A stretch of DNA of 64,000 bases, taken from an uncultured bacterium. Its GTDB lineage: Bacteria; Actinomycetota; Acidimicrobiia; Spongiisociales; UBA5794. The notes under the pieces are model-generated. The model was not told the origin of the DNA. It made no database searches and saw only the letters and a list, made by a program, of their open reading frames with translations. Each line of letters begins with the position of its first letter. Within the stretch, counting starts at the first letter, position 1. Below are positions 29,804-40,387 of this stretch, one piece after another. Position numbers and translations under genes: made by a program. The stretch is taken from positions 384,001-448,000 of the forward strand of contig CAWDDT010000009.1 of the NCBI GenBank assembly GCA_963801165.1. The letters are read 5' to 3'.

Positions 29804-31575
29804 AGGGAGCGACAGTGCCGGAGATCCAGGCGACGTCATGGTCCAAATCCGCTCAGGTCAACATATCCTCCGAGGAGCTGTGGGACCTGATGTGGCGCCC
29901 CGAGACTCAGCCTCGGTGGCTTGGTGAGGGGCCGGCGATCCGGCTCGAGCGCGACACGAGGTGTGCGCTGACCGACGAAGCGGGAATATGGCGGAGTGGG
30001 TACGTGGAGAAGATCCGGTCACCGTCTGGTGTGACCCTCCACATGGAGCCGCCGCCCGCCTGGGGAGATGCGGGACCGACGACCGTGCGGATCCGTATCG
30101 CGGCGATGGCGGAGCGCAAGAGCAGGGTCGAGATCGAGGAGGCCGACGTTCCTGCGGCGCGGGTTAGCGAGGTGGAGAGGTACTGGTCACGCCGGCTTGG
30201 TCTCATCAGAGCAATGGCGACCGCTGTGAATCGGAGGAGGGATCAGGTCAAGCAGGCAGTGGTCGTGATCCACGGTATCGGCGAGCAGCAACCAGGCGCC
30301 ACCCTCGCCTCCCTCGCTGCCAGCGGTGTTCTACCGCACGGGGAGGAAGGCGAGTCCATATGGGTGAAGCCCGACCGTGCCTCACACTCCTTCGAGCTAC
30401 GCAAGATGACGTACAAGGCGTCGTTCCAGAACCGATTGCCGAGTACCGACGTCTTCGAGTTCTACTGGGCACACACCATCCGGGACACAACCCTCGGACA
30501 GTTGGGCGCATGGATGCGGCGGCTGCTTCTTCGCCGGCGAGTCCCGCGTCCCTTGCGCCCGCTGTGGTTGATGTCGTGGGTGCTGATCATCGCCGCTGCC
30601 GCCATGGGGGTGGCAGTGTGGATCGGCGCGATCGACCTCTCGCGGTGGCTGGTGGGCGGGACTGCGCTCGTTGTGATCGTAGGTGCGGTGTGGAAGCTGA
30701 TCGGCCGTGGCCTGGCGCTCCAGGTTCTCGGGGACGCCGCCCGGTATCTGTTGCCGTTGCCGGGCAACATCGCACATCGTCAGGCCATAAGAGAGGCGGG
30801 GGTGGAACTGCTGGAGCGTCTCCACGACTCGGGAGAGTACGACCGCGTCGTCATTCTCGGTCACAGCCTGGGCTCGGTGATTGCATATGACATCGTCACC
30901 CACGCCTGGATCCGGATGAACACCCGACATCAGCGACCGCGGACCGCAAAGTTTGCGGAGCTGCGTGACGTGGAGCGAAGCGTGGCTGTCTCAGGCACGG
31001 AGGCCGCCCGGAAGTTGCAGCACGCCGCCTGGCGTAGGCAGCGGGCCAACACACAGCCATGGCTCGTCACGGATCTCGTGACAGTGGGGAGTCCTCTCAC
31101 CTACGCCGATTTGCTGATGGCGGCAGGGCCCGAAGCGCTTGCCGAGGCGAAGCGTGACCGGATCCTCCCCACCTGCCCTCCGGTGACGGAGCGGGAAGCA
31201 TCTACCGGTCACCTGCGGATGAGCTACGAGCGCCCGTTTCGCGACGCTCTTGGCGGCACCAAGCTGACCTTTACGCAGTTCCATCACGCGGCGCCGTTCG
31301 CCGTGACCCGGTGGACCAACCTCTATTTCCAGACCAAGTGGTTCGGGATCGCCGGGGATATCGTCGGCGGTCCGGTGGCCGGTTGCTTCGGCGACTGGGT
31401 GCGTGACGTTGCCTTGACCTCACCGGCGCACCGGTTCACCCACACCTGGTACTGGCGACCCGCGGGGGATTCTGCCCATCTGGCCGCGTTGCGTGATGCG
31501 CTCGCGCTGGATGGGCGCCCGGATCTAGTCGAGCTGTTGCGGGAGGTACCCGCCTACTCGCTGATTGGCAAGTGA
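29800..31575 (+). CDS. START/SRPBCC domain + 2 TM + alpha/beta hydrolase (lipase-like) fusion
   Basis: ATGA overlap with the HEPN gene; EELW...P...RWLG..YWSRRL N-terminus; IHGIGEQ, GHSLG, TVGSPL, WTNLY, GDIVGG, HTWYW. Confidence 0.8.
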   Translation: MKGATVPEIQATSWSKSAQVNISSEELWDLMWRPETQPRWLGEGPAIRLERDTRCALTDEAGIWRSGYVEKIRSPSGVTLHMEPPPAWGDAGPTTVRIRIAAMAERKSRVEIEEADVPAARVSEVERYWSRRLGLIRAMATAVNRRRDQVKQAVVVIHGIGEQQPGATLASLAASGVLPHGEEGESIWVKPDRASHSFELRKMTYKASFQNRLPSTDVFEFYWAHTIRDTTLGQLGAWMRRLLLRRRVPRPLRPLWLMSWVLIIAAAAMGVAVWIGAIDLSRWLVGGTALVVIVGAVWKLIGRGLALQVLGDAARYLLPLPGNIAHRQAIREAGVELLERLHDSGEYDRVVILGHSLGSVIAYDIVTHAWIRMNTRHQRPRTAKFAELRDVERSVAVSGTEAARKLQHAAWRRQRANTQPWLVTDLVTVGSPLTYADLLMAAGPEALAEAKRDRILPTCPPVTEREASTGHLRMSYERPFRDALGGTKLTFTQFHHAAPFAVTRWTNLYFQTKWFGIAGDIVGGPVAGCFGDWVRDVALTSPAHRFTHTWYWRPAGDSAHLAALRDALALDGRPDLVELLREVPAYSLIGK

Positions 31576-31789
31576 GCTCGCAGGTATCACCCGAAGGCAC
31601 CGGGCCTTTTGCCCGACAAGCAGTGCTCGATACCTGCGAGCATCCCAAGAGTACCGGAGCCTTGGCGTGCTTGGAAGAACAGTAGGCGATCACGAGAGGC
31701 TGCGATGAAGGTGGCGATGTCGACGGTGGGAACGAGGACGTTGGCGCCCGCAGAGGTGGTAGTGCCGGCCACGGTGTCTTCTCGGTTGC

Positions 31790-32115
31790 CACTCCTCTTT
31801 CAGCCGCCGAACCGCTTGTGCCAAGTCGCCTCGCACCAGCTCCGCATTCCTGTCGACCCCACTCAGCGCGGTCGACACGACGTACTTCTTCGCCCGGTCG
31901 ATGGTCTTGGCGAACGGGATCTGCAACCCACCCATCCAGGACGGTGCCGTTTAGTCGCCGTGAAGGCCTGCACTTAGTGCACGTAGGGTCGCAACGCCCC
32001 GATTCCTCATTATTTCTAGCCGGGTAGTGCATGGACCCCTCGTCCGGCGGGAGCCCGGCCTCGTATGGCAGCAGCCGTCGGTCGTGACGTTGGTCGACTA
32101 TCGCAGTGGTGTCAT
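31790..32115 (-). pseudogene. Dihydrofolate reductase / RibD-C family pseudogene
   Basis: MTPLR*STNVTTDGCCH and PFAKTIDRAKKYVVSTAL..ELVRGDL; stops and frameshifts. Confidence 0.7.
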
Positions 32116-32149
32116 CGAGATCTCCTCCTGGATGCGGCGGTCCAGCTGC

Positions 32150-32620
32150 TCACGCCACCACCCTTTTCGCCAGGAGCGCGTCGAGTTTGGCGAAGCTCTC
32201 TTGCCAGCCCGCCTCGGTGGCTCGGGTCACGTGCGCCGGTAGCCATTGCCGGACCTCGAGGCGGGTGCGCCCGTCGGGCTCGTCGTAGAACTCGAACCGG
32301 AACCGTGTCTCGAACGGTTCGAAGCCCCCGGGCAGGTGGCCACCCACGCGCATCACACCGTCGAGCACCTTGCCGTCGGCTACGTCGGTGAGGTCGATGT
32401 GCACCTCCGCCCGGATGGACGGGTCGTCGGGGAACACCTCGACAAAGCGTTGGGAGCCGCCGGGTCGGACGTCGAAGTGCATCTCGTCGAGCGGCCGCAC
32501 GCTACCGGTCGGCCCCCACCAGGCCGCCAGCTGCTCCGGGTCGGTGAAGGCCAGGTAGACGAGAGCCCGTGGCGCATCGAACACGCGTGTGATGGAGAGG
32601 TCGGGTGGTTCGGTGGTCAT
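32150..32620 (-). CDS. SRPBCC (AHSA1-like) protein
   Basis: LSITRVFDAPRALVY.AFTDPEQL..WWGP ... GWQESFAKLD. Confidence 0.92.
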   Translation of the reverse strand: MTTEPPDLSITRVFDAPRALVYLAFTDPEQLAAWWGPTGSVRPLDEMHFDVRPGGSQRFVEVFPDDPSIRAEVHIDLTDVADGKVLDGVMRVGGHLPGGFEPFETRFRFEFYDEPDGRTRLEVRQWLPAHVTRATEAGWQESFAKLDALLAKRVVA

Positions 32621-32967
32621 CAGTTCTCCTTTTCCTGTTGCAGAGTGGCAAGGTGGGCGTCGAGGCGGTCGAACGACGAGTCCCAGAACCCTCGGAATCG
32701 CTCGATCCAGCCGGCCGCCTCCCGGAGCGGCGCCGCCTCCAGGTGGCTCCGCTGCCACTTCCCCTCGCGCGAGCGGGAGATCAGAGCGGCGGCCTCGAGC
32801 ACCTTGAGGTGCCGTGACACCGCCGGCATCGAGATCGGCAGCGGCGCTGTGAGTTCGGTCACAGTGGCGTCGCTGCGGGTGAGCTCGGCCAGGATCGCTC
32901 TGCGGCTCGGGTCGGCCAGCGCTGCGAACACGACGCTGAGTTGGTCATTGGCGGCCATGCCCATCAT
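32620..32967 (-). CDS. ArsR family transcriptional regulator
   Basis: FAALADPSRRAIL, SMPAVSRHLKVLE. Confidence 0.93.
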   Translation of the reverse strand: MMGMAANDQLSVVFAALADPSRRAILAELTRSDATVTELTAPLPISMPAVSRHLKVLEAAALISRSREGKWQRSHLEAAPLREAAGWIERFRGFWDSSFDRLDAHLATLQQEKEN

Positions 32968-33252
32968 TTAACCACCTTGTGAAGTGTTCTGTCAAGGAAA
33001 GGTCGGCCCTTCTCGGAAGAGCGCGACGGCTGGGGCGAGTCTGGAGGCGGCAATCACTCGTTCGGGCGGGAGCATCGTGGCTCAGCCACTTGGCGGGACG
33101 ACAACGAGAGAAGCCAGGATCTGTTCAACTTCCTCTGCCTCGAGAGAATGGAAGTCTGCGGTGAGTGAACCGCATGCGGGGTCAAGGCCATCCAGATCGA
33201 TAAGGGAAACGCAGTTGGACTGTCGGTGTGCGGCCTGCCGCGTTGAGTCGCT

Positions 33253-35790
33253 TTAGCCAGCAGCCAGGGGGTAGTGAGCTTCCGGGATTGCGTCAGTGAT
33301 GACGAACGATAAGGCGGGGTTGTCGGCCTTGTACATCGTGACGTCGCGGCTCCCGATCACGGCGATCCATTGTCCGTCTGCTGACCAGGTTGCCAGTGGG
33401 TAGCCGTTCTCGTATGTCGCGATCTGGCGGGTAGAGCCCTTCGCTAGGTCGATCGTGTACAGGCTGGCACTGGCGGGGGTGCCGTTGAGGTCGGGGTCTT
33501 CGCCGTAGCCGATGAGCAGTTTCGTACCGTCCGGCGAGATGGCTGGTAGAGGCATCGTCTCACTCGGGATCGACGGCCCGCCCACTGGCCGCCAGGTGCC
33601 GTCGCCGGGACGTACTACGGCGCCGCTGGAGCCGCCGATCCATAGGTCGCAGCTGTATTGATTCTCGATGGCGCACACCCGGCGTACGATGGTGTCAGCT
33701 GCGGTGGCGATGGCGCGACCCGGCCCAACCTCAGTGACGGTGCCCGTGGCGTCGACGAGGATGACCTGTTCGGAGCCGGGCTCGGTTGCCCAACCGTCAC
33801 CGGTGTCGACGAGACGTTGGGTGTTGAGCACGAGCCCGGCGTCGGTGGCGCCTGCGGGAAAGGCGTTCGGCTCCACGTCAAAGGCAGCGAGCCGGCGACC
33901 AGTTGGCAGTTCGAAGAGCTCTACCCGGGTAGGAACGTTGACGGTTCCGTAGGCGGCTCCGGGTTGGACAACCCAAAGCGCATCGCCGTCTGGAGTGGGT
34001 ATGACCCGCAGGGCAGGAGCGAAGCTGGAGGCAGGATTCGACTCGGGACGGATCTCCAGTTCGGGATCGGTGAGGTCACTGGTGAACACGTACACAGCCG
34101 GCTCACTTGTCCAAACGGCGAGTTGACGGTTCGGAGTCAGAACAGCGCCTTGGGGTTGCGATCTCCACGCTGCTGTGTCGCCGCTGAGGACGGTTGTCGT
34201 CGCTGCGGCTAGATCGACCACCGCCGCGTCGGCGGTGGTTCCCTCAGCCGTGAATATGGTTAGCGGGACGGATTGCTCGACCTGAAGTGGTGTGACTGAG
34301 GGCAATGCTTCGGGTTCGTTGATCACCTCGCCGGTGTCGATGCTGAGCCGTACCTCCTTGGAGCCCTGAAGGAGCACAACCGTGTTGTTTTCGATGGCGG
34401 CGATCCGGGAGAAGGGAAGGTCGGTTGCCCATCGCACCTCCCCGGACGCCGGATCTATGGATACGATGTAGCCGGTCGGTGTCGCGGCCACGAGCAAACC
34501 GCGGCCCGGGTCGGAGGCGAGCAGGCCATGAGAAAAGCTCTCGTCGCTGTTGACATCTACGACCCAGCGCCGTTGCCCGGTTGCCGGGTCGAATCCGATT
34601 ACATGCCCGGTATCGGCTACGCCGACCTGATCGACGTAGCGGGGCACGTCGAGGATCGCTACTGCATCGTCGAACACCACAGGGTCTGCCCATTGCAGCG
34701 ACGTCGCCTCATCGCCGTCGGCTTCCCACAAGACCGTCCCGTCGTCGCCGTCGACGGCGAGCAGACGGGGAGCGGCGGTTTCGCCCTCACTTTCCGCGTC
34801 GACGCTTAGGTACCAGACCTCCTGCGTCGAATCACTTGCTGCGCCGACGATTGTGAAACGCTCCGGCAGAGGTGTTTCCCAAAGCCGCTCGCCTGTTGTG
34901 ACGTCGAGCGCTGTCACCGGCCCTCCTGCCGATGTTGCGAGGACCCGTTTGCCGTCCGTCCCCAACAGAATGCTTGTGTTCCCTAGCGAAACATCCCAGC
35001 GCGGCACCAGCACGTCGCGGCTCCACGCCGTCACCCGACCCGATGACCAACCGTTGGCGGTGACGACAACATCCCCGATCGTGAGCGGTCCGAAGTCTCC
35101 GGCATAGCCAATCCATGGCGTGTCGGCGATCGCCGCATAGCCATCGCCGATGGCGATCGGCACGATGTCGAACCCGTCGACAGCATCAGGGTCGATCTCG
35201 GTAACACCGGTGATGTCGAGGACGAGGAACTCATCTGGCCTGCAGACGAGGATCGAGGATTCGGTGGCAGCGACAAGCGCACCCTTCTCATTGACAGCTC
35301 CATGGTTCTGGGAATCGCCCGGGCAGGTTTCCAACGTCAGTGTGGCGTCGAAGCTGTCGGCGCTGAGGTGAGCCGACGTGCGATCAGTGGTGATCTTCAC
35401 CGGGGACTGCACCATTCCAGTCGGTACGAGCACGGCAAACCTGCTTCCGTCATCGAGCCCGATATCAAACACATCCGATCCGCCATTGATGGTGCGAGGA
35501 ATCACCAACACCCCGTCAGGTGTGGAGGTTGTCGTTGACGGGATGGTCGTGGATGACGATGGGGCGGTGGATGTAGGCGGCAGGGTGGTGGGAACAACAC
35601 CGGCTTGGTCCTCACCGGGTCCTCGACCTACCCAGGCAGCGACAAGAATGGCGATGCCAACAAGCAGAGCGGATGCGACACCTATTAGCGGCCCGCGGTG
35701 ACGTGGCGGAACGAACTCGGGCACATCGACGTGATCGAACACGCCGGCAGCTTCATCCGCAGTCTGTTGGATCCGATCGTCGAGGTTCAT
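33253..35790 (-). CDS. Putative anti-sigma factor with extracytoplasmic PQQ-type and TolB-like beta-propellers
   Basis: ATGA-coupled to ECF sigma; short cytoplasmic N-terminus, one TM, Thr-rich linker, repeats ALD.TTGERLWE / D..TG..RW. Confidence 0.8.
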   Translation of the reverse strand: MNLDDRIQQTADEAAGVFDHVDVPEFVPPRHRGPLIGVASALLVGIAILVAAWVGRGPGEDQAGVVPTTLPPTSTAPSSSTTIPSTTTSTPDGVLVIPRTINGGSDVFDIGLDDGSRFAVLVPTGMVQSPVKITTDRTSAHLSADSFDATLTLETCPGDSQNHGAVNEKGALVAATESSILVCRPDEFLVLDITGVTEIDPDAVDGFDIVPIAIGDGYAAIADTPWIGYAGDFGPLTIGDVVVTANGWSSGRVTAWSRDVLVPRWDVSLGNTSILLGTDGKRVLATSAGGPVTALDVTTGERLWETPLPERFTIVGAASDSTQEVWYLSVDAESEGETAAPRLLAVDGDDGTVLWEADGDEATSLQWADPVVFDDAVAILDVPRYVDQVGVADTGHVIGFDPATGQRRWVVDVNSDESFSHGLLASDPGRGLLVAATPTGYIVSIDPASGEVRWATDLPFSRIAAIENNTVVLLQGSKEVRLSIDTGEVINEPEALPSVTPLQVEQSVPLTIFTAEGTTADAAVVDLAAATTTVLSGDTAAWRSQPQGAVLTPNRQLAVWTSEPAVYVFTSDLTDPELEIRPESNPASSFAPALRVIPTPDGDALWVVQPGAAYGTVNVPTRVELFELPTGRRLAAFDVEPNAFPAGATDAGLVLNTQRLVDTGDGWATEPGSEQVILVDATGTVTEVGPGRAIATAADTIVRRVCAIENQYSCDLWIGGSSGAVVRPGDGTWRPVGGPSIPSETMPLPAISPDGTKLLIGYGEDPDLNGTPASASLYTIDLAKGSTRQIATYENGYPLATWSADGQWIAVIGSRDVTMYKADNPALSFVITDAIPEAHYPLAAG

Positions 35791-36284
35791 ACTTCGTCTC
35801 CCAGCCAGCCGGCGAGACGCCGCTTTGCTCGCTTGAGGTGTGTGCGCACCGTCTCCACGCCACATCCGAGAACCTGGGCCGCCTCGTCGTGAGACAACGC
35901 CGCGAAATAGACAAGCACCACCACCTCGGCCTGGCGCACCGTCAAACGACGGATCGCGTCTCGCACCGCGATCGCGTCGGCACTGATTGGCGGTGCGTCG
36001 TCGTTCCGTCCCATCCGAACCAGAGCCCTGCCCTCGGCGGCGAGCCTGCGGAAACGAGACACGGAGCGGTTGGCGACAACCTTCCGCACCCAACCCTCGG
36101 GGCTGTCCATTTGCGACACCTCGCCCCATCGCCTGAACGCTGCAGTGAACGCCTCCTGGGTGAGTTCCTCGGCGGTCGTCCGGCTGCGGCACAACACATA
36201 GGCGAGCCCGAGTACCTCCCGGTACTCGCGCCGATAGAACTCACCAAACGCCGGGACAGCCCGGACGACAGGATGCTCGCTCAC
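35787..36284 (-). CDS. ECF RNA polymerase sigma factor
   Basis: FGEFYRRE, AEELTQEAF, L..RQAEVVVL, GCGVETVRTHLKRA. Confidence 0.92.
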   Translation of the reverse strand: MSEHPVVRAVPAFGEFYRREYREVLGLAYVLCRSRTTAEELTQEAFTAAFRRWGEVSQMDSPEGWVRKVVANRSVSRFRRLAAEGRALVRMGRNDDAPPISADAIAVRDAIRRLTVRQAEVVVLVYFAALSHDEAAQVLGCGVETVRTHLKRAKRRLAGWLGDEV

Positions 36285-36479
36285 AACTTGCAGGACAGTC
36301 GACACACAAAGTACATCGCACCAACCACCACTAAATGGGGACAACCGATCGAGACGATAGGAGCCTGTGGGCAGCTCACCCAACGAGCCTGGAACCTGAT
36401 TTGGTCCGATCGACCGCCAGTTCAACCAGAAGGAACACCCCGGCGACGGCAAGCCACAACCGGGACAACATCAACGAGG

Positions 36480-36570
36480 GCAAAACCACCGGCCGCCAAC
36501 GGGCAGAACCGTTGACCATCAGCCGGCAGTCACATGGCCGCCAACGGGCAGAATCTCATGGCCGCCGAGA
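36480..36570 (+). mobile_element. IS21-like terminal remnant
   Basis: 18-bp direct repeat ggccgccaacgggcagaa at 36491 and 36536, ending ...catggccgccgaga; no transposase nearby. Confidence 0.55.
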
Positions 36571-36934
36571 TCATTGGTTGAGTCACATCAGCGAGTTTGA
36601 CGAGCAGCGTCCCGGCACGGATTACTGAGCCGGCGTTTGAGACTCCGCTGAGGCTGAGCGCAACATCGACCCCAAGTCGCTGGGCATCCGAAGCGGACCA
36701 TCAGTTCGAAGTCACGCTCAGAGAGGTCATCGACAATCGCCATTTGTTGGTGCCCGCTCGGGGTGCCACACCACCAAGTGGGGAATCTCGTCTACTGCCG
36801 GAAGTCCCTCCGTCCGGAGGCGGGCGTCCCGGACGAGATTCTGTCCGGCCGGACCGCGGAGCGTCCTTGTTGCCCGCAGTCGGCGGGCATACGGTTCCAG
36901 GAAGCAGATGTGGAGCGACAGAAGGAAGAGGCTG

Positions 36935-38212
36935 ATGGCAAGAGCCACGACACCAGTTGAGCCTGCCGACGGCAAGGTAGTCGGAAGAAGTGCGATCCTC
37001 ATCTTGATTGCCCTCGCGGTGCTCTTCACCGCGATTACTGCGTCCGCGGCGTCCGCTCAATCCCCGGGGCTCGTCGCACGCGGCACGGTTGTAGACAGCG
37101 ATGGAACCCCGCTGCCCGACATAAGAGTGATCGCGTACTTCGTGAACAGCCTCAGCGATGGTGAAGAGGAGTGGATACCGTTTGCAGAGACGACCACACG
37201 CGCACGAGGTCAATTCAATATCCTCCTCGACAAGGGTGACGTCGCAGTAATGGACGATCTGGATGGGTTGACCAAGATCGGGTTCACTGCCGCCAGCGCG
37301 GACGGGGCCGGTTCCGCCATTTATGCGACCTACTTCGATAGTGATGATCTCCGCAACGGCGATTGGACGCTGGGCACCGCCGATCCAGAGCCCGACGCTT
37401 CCACCGCGGCTCATCTGAACCGAACCACGGCTTTGCCCGGCCGGGGCCAGGGCGCCGAGCTGGAGCTCGTCGTGACACCAGATTCCTCGAGTAGCTCGGT
37501 ATCAGCCGACGGTCTCGTTGCGACTGCAAGCATCCCAGACGGGTCGTACTGCTGGAACCTCTACGGCTGGGGCCTCGCGGACTGGTCGCTCCTCTGGAGG
37601 AATGCGACTGCCACCGTGACGAAGGCAGACGTTCGTTCTGGCTATGCGAAGACCACGCAGGGAACAGGGGTGTGGACGGTCTCGAATCAGACATCTACGA
37701 AAATGGAGATCGGCTACAAGTACGGAAGCTCGTACGGCGGGTCGATGGGATTCAGCTCACAATCGACCAACTCGAGCTCGGAATCGATCACGATCGGTTC
37801 CAGCAAGAACGTCTACATTAACCAGGAGATGGATTACCGCTTCCAGGTTCTCTACTGCCAGCGAAAGATGAGTGGTGGTGTGGTGGTCGAGGAGCACCCG
37901 ACGGCATACTCGCGTATGTATCCGACGCGGTGGACCGGGGGTACCAGCTTGACAGCGACGTCGCGTGGCAACTTCGCAAGCCAGTACGAGACCAAGCATG
38001 CTGGCGATGTCACTGTGACCAGGAACGAGGTGACGACGTGGTCAGGGGGCATTAGCATCGCCGGCCTCAGCCTGCGCAGTCAGCAGACTTTCAACACAAC
38101 GCACTCCATGGTCTACCGGAAGAACTCGGGATACACCAGACAAGTTCTCAGAGGAAGCAACGACTACGCCATCTACGCAAACGAGGCACAGCAGATCGGT
38201 CATTCCTCCTGA
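36935..38212 (+). CDS. Secreted protein: carboxypeptidase-regulatory-like N-domain + Ser/Thr-rich beta domain
   Basis: Signal peptide ending ASAASA; RGTVVDSDGTPL; paralogue at 39499-40368. Confidence 0.8.
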   Translation: MARATTPVEPADGKVVGRSAILILIALAVLFTAITASAASAQSPGLVARGTVVDSDGTPLPDIRVIAYFVNSLSDGEEEWIPFAETTTRARGQFNILLDKGDVAVMDDLDGLTKIGFTAASADGAGSAIYATYFDSDDLRNGDWTLGTADPEPDASTAAHLNRTTALPGRGQGAELELVVTPDSSSSSVSADGLVATASIPDGSYCWNLYGWGLADWSLLWRNATATVTKADVRSGYAKTTQGTGVWTVSNQTSTKMEIGYKYGSSYGGSMGFSSQSTNSSSESITIGSSKNVYINQEMDYRFQVLYCQRKMSGGVVVEEHPTAYSRMYPTRWTGGTSLTATSRGNFASQYETKHAGDVTVTRNEVTTWSGGISIAGLSLRSQQTFNTTHSMVYRKNSGYTRQVLRGSNDYAIYANEAQQIGHSS

Positions 38213-38287
38213 CTTTGGAAAGAGATGGCGACATCGGCCCCCCAGCAGTTACCGGCTGTGGGGCCGCCCGCCGAGAAGGTGTCAACC

Positions 38288-38884
38288 ATGACCGAGAGTG
38301 CATTGCGCAGCTCCAGGGCTAGAGCGCTGACGATCTCGATAGCGCTTGTGATTGCAGCGGCGCTGTTCTGGGGTATGTCGGCGATGTTCGGCTCACCCTA
38401 TTCAGATGGACCGCTGTCAGGTATGGAGGGCATCCGGGAGGCCGTGGCGGATAACACAGGTGAACCGCTCCCCGCAGGTCAGTTGTTGACATTTGGCTGC
38501 CAGGTACTCGAGAACGAGTCACCCGACCGGCTGGTCGTCGAGGACGTCGCGCTTGTCTTTGGGTCCGCCGGACTCGAACAGGTGGAGGGTCCGCTGTATT
38601 GGTACGCGGACGGATCGCCTCTCACCTGCACCGACTTCGGCCTGCCCTCGGCGATCTTGCCAGATCTCGAGCCGCCACGACCCGATGGGATGCCGATCGA
38701 CCCTGGCGACATGTTGGCGGTGTTCTTCGGCCTTCGCTATGACGGCACCGACATCGCCGAGGTAATCGGACACGATGTGACCTATCGACAGGGGGAAACA
38801 GAGTATCGGGAACGGTTCTTATCGGGAGTCAGCGTGTGCCCGGTCGTCGACCCATGCCCGTTCCCTCCAGCCGAGTGGCCATGA
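38288..38884 (+). CDS. Membrane-anchored extracytoplasmic protein (partner of upstream secreted protein)
   Basis: One N-terminal TM, DGPL, PIDPG, VTYRQGETEY; paralogue at 40388. Confidence 0.75.
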   Translation: MTESALRSSRARALTISIALVIAAALFWGMSAMFGSPYSDGPLSGMEGIREAVADNTGEPLPAGQLLTFGCQVLENESPDRLVVEDVALVFGSAGLEQVEGPLYWYADGSPLTCTDFGLPSAILPDLEPPRPDGMPIDPGDMLAVFFGLRYDGTDIAEVIGHDVTYRQGETEYRERFLSGVSVCPVVDPCPFPPAEWP

Positions 38885-38915
38885 ACACACCGGAAAAGAG
38901 GCCGGCACAAGGTGA

Positions 38916-39479
38916 TCAGGGAGGTCCGAGTTCGGTTTCGAATGCAGCGATTGCTTCGTGGCGATCGCTGGTGCCGGCCTTGGTGAGGGCACTCTGGAGG
39001 AGCCTTCTCACATGCCGGTCGCTGTAGAAGGTGTGTTCTGCCGTCTCGCCGATCGATCGACCAGACCGGAGGTGCCACAAGACGGACCGCTCTCCGTCGG
39101 TGAGCGAAGGGCTAGTTCTGGACAGGCATGCAGCAAGTATCCCTGCGGGTACCACTATCTCACCTCGTGCCGTTGCTGCGATGACATCCACGATCGATGC
39201 CAACGACGAGTCAACGTGAGCGACGCTGGCGCCCAACAAATAGAGACGACGATACGTAGCGATTTCGTAGACGTCGGTTAGAACAGTGACGCCAATGCGT
39301 TCCCCTGCTGGCGCATCGACCCGGTCCCAAGCCTTGCGGTTTGGGCCGAGAAGGCCGATGAGGTCGACATGGGGCTGGTCGGTGCCCGCCACCGCGACCA
39401 AGCCGCGCTTGTCCAGCTCCGCGGCGAGACCCTCTCCGAGTGCGGCGGGAATGCCCGAGAGGACGACGGGCGTGGGCAC
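38916..39479 (-). CDS. LuxR/NarL-type regulator with degenerate receiver domain
   Basis: LTDGERSVL..LRSGRSIGETAE..FYSDRHVRRLL HTH; GGAGGAG before GTG. Confidence 0.8.
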   Translation of the reverse strand: MPTPVVLSGIPAALGEGLAAELDKRGLVAVAGTDQPHVDLIGLLGPNRKAWDRVDAPAGERIGVTVLTDVYEIATYRRLYLLGASVAHVDSSLASIVDVIAATARGEIVVPAGILAACLSRTSPSLTDGERSVLWHLRSGRSIGETAEHTFYSDRHVRRLLQSALTKAGTSDRHEAIAAFETELGPP

Positions 39480-39498
39480 AAACAACTCCTCCATGGAC

Positions 39499-40368
39499 AT
39501 GGCAGCTTCAGGCAGGCAAGCGTACCACTTCGTTCCAGTAGCGGGTGTTCCGCCCGCGCAAACGGAGGATTCGACGGCGACGGACGCCACGAACCAGCTC
39601 AGTTCGCCGCTCTTCGAGGGAATCGACGCTGGCGGGGTCGGGGAGCCGGTCGTGATCCAGGTCGGAGGCGGAGCTATCGATGCCGCCAAAACAGATGGCG
39701 TGGCCGCAGGGGAGGTTCCCGGATCAATGGTGGTCAGCGAGACCGCGGCTGTGGCTAGCCGGTCGTTGTCCTGCCGATCGATACCGGGTTCTATCGAGTC
39801 CCCTGGCTGGGCGTATGTGGGCGAGGTATCCGCTGTTCCCGGCGGACGTGGCGACTTCCAGTATTCGAACGGCGCGTCCTCGTCACTAGGGGTCGGCTTC
39901 AAATGGTTGCTGGGGGGTTCCTGGTCGCAAGGGGGAACCTCGTCCAAGAGCTCGACGGTGACCATTGACTATGCCTCCACGACTGGTAGCCGTCTGTTCA
40001 AGACACAGTTCCAGTATCGGTTTTGGGACATTGAGTGTGACGACTGGTTCAGTCCGGGCATATACGAATGGGACCACTCTGAGCTCCGACCTCACGCATT
40101 CGTTGGTGGTGCGGCCAGTTCGTCGCTATATCCAACGACGTTGACTTAATGCACACCCTATGAGGCAGGCTCGACGTTCACCCGGAAGAGCAGCTCGGCC
40201 ACAACGTACAGCGCTGGCATCAGCGTCGCCGGGGTGTCTCTGACTGCGAAGACCGGGTTCACGACTACCGCTAAGGTGATTTACACGTTCACCGAGGATC
40301 GGAACCTCTACGGGTCCAACACTTGGCCCACGACCTCCAAGCGGCTTGGTTCTCGCTATAGGGTCTAG
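39499..40368 (+). pseudogene. 5'-truncated, nonsense-interrupted paralogue of the 36935 secreted protein
   Basis: In-frame TAA at 40147, then CTPYEAGSTFTRKSSSATTYSAGISVAGVSL...YGSN matches the 36935 C-terminus; no signal peptide. Confidence 0.75.
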
Positions 40369-40387
40369 GAGTTGAACGGTCCGAGCT

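Noticed and set aside
25200-33250. Distal att copy bounding the older island units
   Set aside because: I found no further tRNA-Lys 3' fragment by eye, so the left boundary of the island is undefined.
36491-36553. Repeat-spacer-repeat as a mini CRISPR
   Set aside because: Only two 18-bp copies and no cas genes; fits IS21 terminal repeats better.
40147-40149. Programmed stop-codon readthrough in the secreted-protein paralogue
   Set aside because: The stop is TAA and the gene also lacks its 5' end, so pseudogenisation is simpler.
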